Translations under genes and position numbers: made by a program | In this document: positions 1-6,873 of the stretch, piece by piece | Layout: each line of letters starts with the position of its first letter | How positions within the stretch are numbered: the stretch's first letter is position 1 | The notes under the pieces: generated by a model | Seen by the model: the letters and a program-made list of their open reading frames with translations, nothing else | Told to the model about the DNA's origin: nothing | The model's database searches: none | Source: Patescibacteria group bacterium | GTDB taxonomy: Bacteria; Patescibacteriota; Microgenomatia; Levybacterales; UBA12049 | DNA length: 40,074 nucleotides | Direction: 5' to 3' | NCBI GenBank assembly: GCA_038061125.1 | Contig: JBBTZX010000034.1 | Span: 1-40,074 of the forward strand

Positions 1-68
1 TTTAGATATAAAATGGATTTACCTCTTAAATCGTACGATAAGAATTACAATATTAATTTATATACAGC

Positions 69-1436
69 CTAATAGCATTTAAAAAAGTTAATTCTGTTTG
101 CAATTCCTTCAGCTTGAACAGGTACGCTAAGTAATACTTTACACGCTTGATATATTTTTTCTTTATTGAATATCCCATCCAAAATATCTTGTTTTACATT
201 AGCTTCAGGATAATTTGCTCCGTGGGCAATGACAATAGTTTTACTTGAAATGGCGTCATTTGTTAAAACTTCTTTATCGTATAACCCTTTTGTAAAAAAA
301 TATTCATGAGCATCTCTAATATTATCTAGAGGAGAAGTGCGGGTTAATATAAGAAGAGCCGGAGTAATGTCGTTAACTCCATAAAGAAATTCCGGTTTTT
401 CTTTTTTAATTACAGCAAGAATTTTATTTACATCGTTAACTTTTTGTAAATTTTTATAAGAAGAAATATACGTATAAAGATTAAAAGTAAGGAAAATAAA
501 AACAATAGTAGGTATTACGAGTTTTTGAATACCAAATTTATTTTTTGAAAATTCAAAAAATTCATACAGGGAAAGGCATAAAAAAGGAATTATGAAGTTA
601 AGATACAAGTAGTATATGTCCTGATAATAGAAGAAGAAAGCAAGTCCCCAGAAAGAAATGGCGGCAAAAAATTTGTTTTTCTTGAAATTTAATAGATTAA
701 AAATTAAAAGAACAAAAAGTGCGAAGTCTTTTGTTATAAAAAACCATCCAACTTCTATTTTGGAAATTCCTGCAGGGCGTATGAGAGAAAAACCAAAAAT
801 ATCATGAAAAAATTGCTTCGGGGCAATAATTAAAGAAGGGATAAGAATAATGGCTAATGCTATAGAGAAGCCGATACCAAACTGGAATAATTTCTTCCAG
901 TTTTTATTTACTAGAAGTATGGTAAAAAAAGATAAGGGTATAGAAATAAAATAGGCTTTAGTTAATAAAGCCAAAGCAATAAAAACGCCCGATATAAAAA
1001 ATTTATTTCTTTGGAATAATAAAAAACCTAATACTGCAAATAAAGAGGCGGTAAAAACGCCAGTTTGATGATCGGAAGTAGATAATACAATAAAAGAAAA
1101 AATGTAGAGCAGAGAACTTAGCGTAGAGATAAAATTACTTTTTGTTGAATGGTAAGTAGTTACGTAGATGATAAAAGTTACGATTATGACTTCTATTGTG
1201 GATGTGAGGTAAAAAAGATTAATATTGCCCCCAGTTATAAAATAATAAAATGATGAAATATATCCAAATAAAGGGAAGTTGGAGAAAAAGAAATCTTTAT
1301 ATAATATTTTTCCGTGGATAATTTGGTATGCGATATTAAAATAAATATTGGTGTCGGAAAGTCTTATCCCCAAATTTGTCACTTTGACTACGAAAAATAT
1401 AAGAAGGAAACTGAAAAGGGGAATCAAGCGTATCAT
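69..1436 (-). CDS. Polytopic membrane protein, GT-C fold (ArnT/PMT-like) glycosyltransferase candidate
   Basis: 455-aa ORF with many hydrophobic helices followed by a soluble C-terminal part. Same build as the other GT-C-like ORFs here. 4-nt overlap with the upstream FemAB-like gene. Confidence 0.5.
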   Translation of the reverse strand: MIRLIPLFSFLLIFFVVKVTNLGIRLSDTNIYFNIAYQIIHGKILYKDFFFSNFPLFGYISSFYYFITGGNINLFYLTSTIEVIIVTFIIYVTTYHSTKSNFISTLSSLLYIFSFIVLSTSDHQTGVFTASLFAVLGFLLFQRNKFFISGVFIALALLTKAYFISIPLSFFTILLVNKNWKKLFQFGIGFSIALAIILIPSLIIAPKQFFHDIFGFSLIRPAGISKIEVGWFFITKDFALFVLLIFNLLNFKKNKFFAAISFWGLAFFFYYQDIYYLYLNFIIPFLCLSLYEFFEFSKNKFGIQKLVIPTIVFIFLTFNLYTYISSYKNLQKVNDVNKILAVIKKEKPEFLYGVNDITPALLILTRTSPLDNIRDAHEYFFTKGLYDKEVLTNDAISSKTIVIAHGANYPEANVKQDILDGIFNKEKIYQACKVLLSVPVQAEGIANRINFFKCY

Positions 1437-2386
1437 TTCTTAATTCTTAAAATAGTCCATCTAATTTTATCCAATAGCTTATATATTTCATAAAAGAATG
1501 AATTAATAACTAAATCAAAACTTCCAATAAATTCAACAAGTTGTCCTCCATAGCCTTCTTTAAACCGATGAAATCCATACCATGGGTCATTTTTATCAGG
1601 ATTAGATCCGAGCGCTCCCCACATATCAAATTTTTTCAAACCAAGTTTTTTGCCAAATTTAATAGCTTCCCACATCATGAGATTTGATGCCATAGTTTCT
1701 CTATAAAGACTTGATGAGGCGCCATAAGGATAATAAAGGGTATCTTTATAAACAAAGAGAATCCAAGCAGTTAATATTTGATTTTTATATTTTGCTAACA
1801 AAAGCCGTGCAGTCAATTTATCGACATTTGAATTTTGAGTTTTTAATGTGTTCCACATCAGCTTATGATAATTTTCTGTGTGTGCATAGAAATTTTGACG
1901 TTTAGTTGTTTCTTTTGTAAGTTTTAGATATTCCTCAAAAGCTTTATCCGAATTATCTTCAATTATTTCAACATTATGTTTTTGAGCTATTTTAATGTTG
2001 TATCGAGTCTTCGGATGCATTGATTTTAATAAATCTTCTTCACTTTTTGTTAAATCCAAAATAAATGTATATTTGGTGAAAAGAGGATGAAAAGAAGGCC
2101 TAATGCCTAAATTTGCCATTTGCCATTTACCATTTGCCATTTGCTTTACGTTTGGTTCAAGTTGGATAAAAATACATTTCTCTTTTTTACCAATCTCACG
2201 AAGTTTAACTACCATTTCTTTTGTTGGCATAGGGCTTTTCGGCAGATATCCTACAGTCCAAGGAGTATGCGGAATTTTATGGATTGTTAGCTGAAATCCC
2301 TTTTCTCTGATAACTTTTAGTCCTGTTTTTTGCCTAAATTCGCCCCATTCTAAAGATTGCATGGGATGAATTGAATTATTGTTCAT
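1433..2386 (-). CDS. FemAB-family peptidoglycan interpeptide-bridge aminoacyltransferase
   Basis: 317 aa. N-terminal QSLEWGEFRQKTG and a C-terminal GFHRFKEGYGG-type segment are typical of the FemABX / lipid II aminoacyltransferase family. Overlaps pcrA stop and start by 4 nt. Confidence 0.7.
   Translation of the reverse strand: MNNNSIHPMQSLEWGEFRQKTGLKVIREKGFQLTIHKIPHTPWTVGYLPKSPMPTKEMVVKLREIGKKEKCIFIQLEPNVKQMANGKWQMANLGIRPSFHPLFTKYTFILDLTKSEEDLLKSMHPKTRYNIKIAQKHNVEIIEDNSDKAFEEYLKLTKETTKRQNFYAHTENYHKLMWNTLKTQNSNVDKLTARLLLAKYKNQILTAWILFVYKDTLYYPYGASSSLYRETMASNLMMWEAIKFGKKLGLKKFDMWGALGSNPDKNDPWYGFHRFKEGYGGQLVEFIGSFDLVINSFFYEIYKLLDKIRWTILRIKK
2112..2144. repeat. Tandem heptanucleotide repeat TTTGCCA x4.7 (one unit TTTACCA) inside the FemAB-like CDS
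   Basis: Read directly: tttgcca tttgcca tttacca tttgcca tttgc. Encodes QMANGKWQMAN on the minus strand. Confidence 0.9.
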
Positions 2387-4254
2387 AGATATTCCGGTAA
2401 ATTTCTATCTAAATTTACAGCATGCAAATTATTCGAAATTACTTCTTCCGGTAGCTCCAAAAGAAATCTGGATATTGTATTGGACGTTCGCTGTCCGAAG
2501 AAAATTCTTCGGGAGGCAAAAGTTAAAAAGAGTTTTTCTTTTGCTCTTGTCATTCCTACATAGCATAAACGTCTTTCTTCCTCCAATTCATTTTTGTCCA
2601 TAAGGCTTCTCTGGTGGGGGAATAATCCTTCTTCCATTCCAACCATAAAAACTATGGGAAACTCAAGTCCTTTAGCCGCATGAAGAGTCATTAAAGTTAT
2701 CGCATCTTTTCTATCGCTATCTTTGGCAGGTTTGTCCGGCATGTATTCTTGTTCAACTAAGGCAATATTTTCCAGAAATTCCGTAAGATTTGGAAAGGCA
2801 ACTGCAACCGAACGAAGTTCTTTAATATTTTCCAGCCTTTCTTTATCTTCCTCCTCGCTTTTATCATATAACGAAAGATAATCAGTTGCTTGTAAGATTT
2901 TATCCAATACCTCAAGAGTTGTAATATTTATTGGATCTTTTATTTTTTCTACCAACTCCAGAAATTTATTCATTCTTCCTTTCCCCAATTTGCCAATCCT
3001 TCTATACGAAACCATATCTTTTGGATTTTCCAAAAATCTAACAAACGCTAGGATATCTTTAATTTCCTTCCTTTCGTAAAACCTAGTACCGCCAACCAGA
3101 ACATAGGGTATGCCTTGATGTAATAATATTTCTTCAATGACTCTGGATTGTGCATTAGTTCTATAAAAAATTGCTACGTCGGTAAATTTCCAGTCAGAGG
3201 TTGGTCCGCCTTTGGCGGAAAAATTTGAGTTTCGAGATTTAAGATTAGCAATCTCTCTAACTATAAATTCTGTTTCATCTTGTTCGTTTCTTGCTTCGTA
3301 GATTATAATATTTTCTCCTTTTGGATTTTTGGTCCAAAGAGATAGGACAGGATGAGTAGTATTATGTGAGATAACCGAAGAAGCAGCATCCAAAATTTTC
3401 TGCGTAGAGCGATAATTCTGTGAAAGAGCAAATGTTTTTGCACCCTTAAAGTCCTCTTTGAATTTCGTAAGATTGGTAAAATCCGCACCCCGCCAACTGT
3501 AAATGCTTTGGGAAAAATCGCCAACAACGCAAATATTTTTCCATTTAAGAGAAAGGGTCTTGGTTAAATAGTATTGTGCATGATTGGTATCCTGATATTC
3601 ATCAACCATAATATATTGAAAGCGATTCTGATATTTCTTAAGGATTTCTTGTTCTTTGTTGAAAAGCTCTATGGTTTTTAGTAAAAGATCATCGAAATCC
3701 AAAGCGTTGTTTTCCGAGAGCTGTTCTTGATATTTAATGTAAATTCTGGCTGCTTGTTCCTGAAAATGTCCTCTTGCATATCTAGGATATTCAAGCGAGG
3801 TTATCAGCTCATTTTTGGCCTGGGAAATTGCGCCTAATATAGAAGAAGGTTTATAATCTTTGGTTGGAATATTTAGTTTTAGCATAGCTTCTTTTATTGC
3901 ATCCAGCTGATCGGTAGTATCGTATATGGCAAATTTTTCCGAAAGGCCGATGTGTTTTCCTTCTATTCTAAGAATTCTGGCACATAAAGAATGAAACGTT
4001 GCGATTAATGGTTTTCCTTTTGTGATAAACTTTCCAATTCTTTCTTTCATTTCATTTGCCGCTTTATTGGTAAACGTTACCATTAATATATTGGACGGAT
4101 CGATACCTTTCTCCTGTATTAAATACACAACTTTATAAGTTAAAACCCTGGTTTTGCCGCTGCCTGCACCCGCAAGTATGACCATCGGACCGTCTGTATT
4201 TATTACTGCTTGTTTTTGTTCCAAATTTAAGTCCTTGAGAAAGGCATCAATCAT
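2383..4254 (-). CDS. pcrA: ATP-dependent DNA helicase PcrA/UvrD (SF1)
   Basis: 623 aa. Walker A AGAGSGKTRVLT, DEYQDT motif II, TLHAAKGLEF and CYVGMTRAKEKL helicase motifs. Confidence 0.9.
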   Translation of the reverse strand: MIDAFLKDLNLEQKQAVINTDGPMVILAGAGSGKTRVLTYKVVYLIQEKGIDPSNILMVTFTNKAANEMKERIGKFITKGKPLIATFHSLCARILRIEGKHIGLSEKFAIYDTTDQLDAIKEAMLKLNIPTKDYKPSSILGAISQAKNELITSLEYPRYARGHFQEQAARIYIKYQEQLSENNALDFDDLLLKTIELFNKEQEILKKYQNRFQYIMVDEYQDTNHAQYYLTKTLSLKWKNICVVGDFSQSIYSWRGADFTNLTKFKEDFKGAKTFALSQNYRSTQKILDAASSVISHNTTHPVLSLWTKNPKGENIIIYEARNEQDETEFIVREIANLKSRNSNFSAKGGPTSDWKFTDVAIFYRTNAQSRVIEEILLHQGIPYVLVGGTRFYERKEIKDILAFVRFLENPKDMVSYRRIGKLGKGRMNKFLELVEKIKDPINITTLEVLDKILQATDYLSLYDKSEEEDKERLENIKELRSVAVAFPNLTEFLENIALVEQEYMPDKPAKDSDRKDAITLMTLHAAKGLEFPIVFMVGMEEGLFPHQRSLMDKNELEEERRLCYVGMTRAKEKLFLTFASRRIFFGQRTSNTISRFLLELPEEVISNNLHAVNLDRNLPEYL

Positions 4255-4260
4255 AAGTAT
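4225..4260 (+). repeat. Left copy of a perfect 36-bp direct repeat (ATTTAAGTCCTTGAGAAAGGCATCAATCATAAGTAT)
   Basis: Identical to 6808-6843. Covers pcrA codons 1-10 plus 6 nt upstream. Confidence 0.95.
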
Positions 4261-4324
4261 TATTATAAGTAAACTACTTTATTAAGTTGAAGGTGTCTTG
4301 TAATTGTAACAGTAGCTTAAGCTC

Positions 4325-4353
4325 TTGACAACCACCTTATAGTGTGATAATAT
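4325..4353 (+). promoter_or_regulatory. Sigma70-like promoter of the DGR target gene
   Basis: TTGACA (4325-4330), 17-nt spacer, TAATAT (4348-4353) preceded by TG at 4345-4346 (extended -10). The in-frame ATG at 4362 follows 8 nt later, so the mRNA is possibly leaderless. Confidence 0.5.
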
Positions 4354-4361
4354 ACGTCATC

Positions 4362-4973
4362 ATGGTGCAGGCTTTAGAAAATTTATCCATACATTATAGA
4401 ATAAAAGGAGATGCTACGAGGGCAGCTCTATATTCAAAGCTAACGGCAGAAGAGCAAGCTAGAGGAACACCTAGAATCCTTTCAGAAGTTCCAGTATTTC
4501 TTCTAGGTATACCGGCTGATGAGGGTCTGACTAACAAGGAAATGGAAGCATTGCTAGATTCTGCAAGAGAAAAAGGTCTTAAGGTCAGCGATTGGGCAAG
4601 AAGAATAATTGGAAGAGCTGATGTTTCCAAAGACCCTCAAGCATCAGAATTGATGGCATTGGATAATCTTACTATGGGACTTCCTGAATACCCAACAACA
4701 ACGCAAGTATGGGAAAAATCGGCTGAATTTGGAAACAAAATTTCCGCGGAACGATTCGTCCGCTTTGCAATAGAGGCTGCGGAAGGAAAGATCCCTGTAG
4801 AAATAGGAAAACCGTTTGTTGCGATTATGGAGCCAGTGGCTGGCACGAGTGGCGGTCCGGGAGTTCTCTGTCTTGGACGCTCCGGGGGTGGATTGTGGTT
4901 GGATGGCCGTTATGCTGATTCTGACGATCAGTGGGGTCCGGTGTTTCGGTTTGTTGTTTCTTCTCGCAAGTAA
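4362..4973 (+). CDS. DGR target (variable) protein with C-terminal variable region
   Basis: The ORF track starts at GTG 4344. I prefer the in-frame ATG 4362 because of the promoter position. The last ~45 codons are the VR. The gene is visibly more GC-rich than its neighbours. No signal peptide or TM helix is visible. Confidence 0.8.
   Translation: MVQALENLSIHYRIKGDATRAALYSKLTAEEQARGTPRILSEVPVFLLGIPADEGLTNKEMEALLDSAREKGLKVSDWARRIIGRADVSKDPQASELMALDNLTMGLPEYPTTTQVWEKSAEFGNKISAERFVRFAIEAAEGKIPVEIGKPFVAIMEPVAGTSGGPGVLCLGRSGGGLWLDGRYADSDDQWGPVFRFVVSSRK
4836..4972 (+). repeat. DGR variable repeat (VR)
   Basis: Gap-free alignment to 5299-5435 (offset 463). All mismatches fall where the TR copy has A. 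Confidence 0.9.
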
Positions 4974-5298
4974 TTAGTTCTTAAATCTTTTGACACTTCG
5001 TTTTTTTTGTTCCTTAGTCTCTTTGATTCTGTTATACTTTGAAATTTCCGTCAAAATTTTTTTGATATACTTTTAATAGAAAGATATTGCTGAACGGCTA
5101 AGGCTTTTCAATATCTCTCCGGCAAATACATATCGGGAATACAAATGGTTAAGGCTTTCTGTAGAGGATTTGTATTTTGTCAAATTAAAAAAGAAAAACT
5201 TGGTGTAATGCGCTGGCTGATTTAAATATCACAAGTAAAATACAGCTTAATCTCTTGTTATTACTAGATAAGCAGTGAATTAGATGGCGTGTTATACG

Positions 5299-5435
5299 AA
5301 AACTGACACGAATGGCAATCCGAAAGTTCTCTATCTTGAACGCAACAAGGATGGATTGTGGTTGAATAGCAATTATGCTAATTCTGACAATCAGTGGAAT
5401 CCGGAAATTCGGTTTGTTGTTTCTTCTCGAAAGAA
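5299..5435 (+). ncRNA. DGR template repeat (TR)
   Basis: The adenine-rich copy of the VR. It has six AAY codons in the target frame at diversified sites. The 5' edge is ambiguous (5299-5303). The A-free 3' block CGGTTTGTTGTTTCTTCTCG is identical in both copies. Confidence 0.9.
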
Positions 5436-5442
5436 GTTCTTT

Positions 5443-5468
5443 CCGCAACTTAACCGTTGCGGTTTTTT
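5443..5468 (+). terminator. Hairpin plus T6 immediately 3' of TR (intrinsic terminator and/or DGR RNA structural element)
   Basis: CCGCAAC (5443-5449) pairs with GTTGCGG (5456-5462), 6-nt loop, then TTTTTT (5463-5468). The avd stop codon lies in the loop on the opposite strand. Confidence 0.6.
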
Positions 5469-5797
5469 ATTGATTCTATCTCTAAACTTTTTCTCCAGCC
5501 GCCAAACATTTTGCCGGTTTCATCAAGCTTTATTGCTATCTCTTCGTATTGCTTATGGGAGATAAGTTTGGCTTCCCAGGTTAAAGAAATCAAGAACTTA
5601 AGAATATCCAGATTAAAGATGCAGTTAGAAATTTTCTCAAGTTTTTTATCCTTACTGCTAAAATAGGCAGTGTAGGTAATTTCCAAAAGATCGAGAAATT
5701 TATTTTCAATTCTGACGCCAAGTGTATAGCGGCTGGTTTTTGGAATATGCGGAACAATAGTAATCCAAATCAAATATCCCTGTTTAATTCTGCTCAA
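5450..5797 (-). CDS. avd: Avd-like four-helix-bundle protein (DGR accessory variability determinant; 23S rRNA IVS protein family)
   Basis: 115 aa, TTG start. PKTSRYTLGVRIE and the C-terminal LDETGKMFGGWRKS match the family pattern (xGKMLxGW). Located between TR and RT but on the opposite strand. Confidence 0.75.
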   Translation of the reverse strand: MSRIKQGYLIWITIVPHIPKTSRYTLGVRIENKFLDLLEITYTAYFSSKDKKLEKISNCIFNLDILKFLISLTWEAKLISHKQYEEIAIKLDETGKMFGGWRKSLEIESIKNRNG

Positions 5798-5812
5798 AAT
5801 AGAACTGCTTTC

Positions 5813-5828
5813 AGAGAGAGAGAGAGAG
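5813..5828. repeat. (AG)8 dinucleotide microsatellite in the divergent avd/RT control region
   Basis: Read directly: agagagagagagagag. Confidence 0.95.
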
Positions 5829-5868
5829 TAAAAGACCGTTTCATATTAAATATAATGATATCATTTCT

Positions 5869-6813
5869 TTGGAAAATTTACTTATTTCATGGCAGGAATT
5901 TTTGAGAGGCAAAAGAGAAAGAAAAGATGTTGCCGAATTTTCACTGCGTTTAATGGACAATATCTTTTTTCTTCGCTTTGAACTATTAAATAAAACATAT
6001 AAACATGGGTTTTATCAGGCTTTTAAAATTAATGATCCGAAACCTCGAGACATCCATAAAGCAAATGTAAGAGATAGATTTCTTCATCACGCAATTTGCA
6101 GAGTTTTATATCCGTATTTTGATAAGAAATTTATCTTTGATTCATATTCCTGCAGATTAGAAAAAGGAACCCATCGAGCAATAAATCGTTTTAGAGATTT
6201 TGCCAGAAAAGCTTCCTGCAATAATGCTCGGACAGCGCGGGTATTGAAATGCGATATTAAAAAATTCTTTGCCAATATTAACCACCGGATTTTACTCAAT
6301 ATTTTAGAGAAAGATATAGAGGATGCTGACGTAATGTGGCTTTTAAAGGAAATTATCGAAAGCTTTTGTACTAAAGGTAAAAAGAGAGTTGGTCTTCCGC
6401 TTGGCAATTTAACCAGTCAATTATTTATTAATATCTATATGAATGAATTTGACCAATTCGTAAAGCGAACACTGAAAGTTAAGTATTATATCCGCTATGC
6501 TGATGATTTTGTGATTTTCCATGAAAGCAAAACATATTTAGAAAAACTTATTCCCAAAATATCGCAATATCTGGAAAAGGAACTAAAACTTTCTCTTCAT
6601 CCCAAAAAAGTCTTTATTAAAACACCTTCTTCAGGTATAGAATTTTTAGGCTGGGTCCATTTTCCTCAGCATCGAATATTAAGAACCGCAACGAAGCGAA
6701 GAATGTTTAGAAATTTAAAGCAAAATAATTCAAAAGAAATACTTGTTTCATATTTAGGTCTACTAAAACACGGAAATACTTATAAATTAGTAAAGAAAAT
6801 ATTAAGGATTTAA
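5869..6813 (+). CDS. DGR-type reverse transcriptase
   Basis: 314 aa, TTG start. KPRDIHKANVRDRFLHHA (RT motifs 1/2), LKCDIKKFF (motif A), LPLGNLTSQLFINIYM ([ILV]GxxxSQ DGR signature), IRYADDFVIF (YxDD). The stop codon lies inside the right 36-bp repeat. Confidence 0.9.
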   Translation: MENLLISWQEFLRGKRERKDVAEFSLRLMDNIFFLRFELLNKTYKHGFYQAFKINDPKPRDIHKANVRDRFLHHAICRVLYPYFDKKFIFDSYSCRLEKGTHRAINRFRDFARKASCNNARTARVLKCDIKKFFANINHRILLNILEKDIEDADVMWLLKEIIESFCTKGKKRVGLPLGNLTSQLFINIYMNEFDQFVKRTLKVKYYIRYADDFVIFHESKTYLEKLIPKISQYLEKELKLSLHPKKVFIKTPSSGIEFLGWVHFPQHRILRTATKRRMFRNLKQNNSKEILVSYLGLLKHGNTYKLVKKILRI

Positions 6814-6843
6814 GTCCTTGAGAAAGGCATCAATCATAAGTAT
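6808..6843 (+). repeat. Right copy of the perfect 36-bp direct repeat
   Basis: Identical to 4225-4260. Carries a decoy pcrA start on the minus strand (MIDAFLKDLN then a stop). Confidence 0.95.
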
Positions 6844-6873
6844 AATAAAAAAGCTGCATTATAATTCTAACAT

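Larger units (their letters stand above)
4261..6843 (+). mobile_element. Diversity-generating retroelement cassette (target/VR, TR, avd, RT) delimited by 36-bp direct repeats
   Basis: Contains a TR/VR pair with adenine-only mismatches, an Avd-like gene and a DGR-type RT. It sits between the two copies of the 36-bp repeat. Confidence 0.85.

Noticed and set aside
4394-4846. Minus-strand ORFs 4394-4630 and 4637-4846
   Set aside because: These are shadow frames inside the GC-rich DGR target gene. Higher GC lowers stop-codon frequency on the antisense strand.
4974-5298. A second target gene, a second VR or a clear TR promoter in the 325-nt VR-to-TR spacer
   Set aside because: No ORF with coding character is present and there is no further match to the TR. 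Several weak -10/-35-like hexamers (for example TGtTATACT at 5030-5038) exist, but none is convincing enough to call.
5284-5565. 93-aa plus-strand ORF in the track, whose translation resembles the C-terminus of the 4344-4973 protein
   Set aside because: The similarity exists because the ORF spans the DGR template repeat. The frame continues into the terminator hairpin and antisense avd sequence. It is better explained as non-coding TR RNA than as a paralogous gene.
5185-5666. ORFs 5185-5448 (-) and 5457-5666 (+)
   Set aside because: The first is antisense to the TR and the second is antisense to avd. Both have low-complexity translations, no motifs and no plausible start context.
6087-6407. 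106-aa minus-strand ORF inside the RT gene
   Set aside because: It is antisense to a frame carrying all the RT motifs, and it has no motifs of its own.
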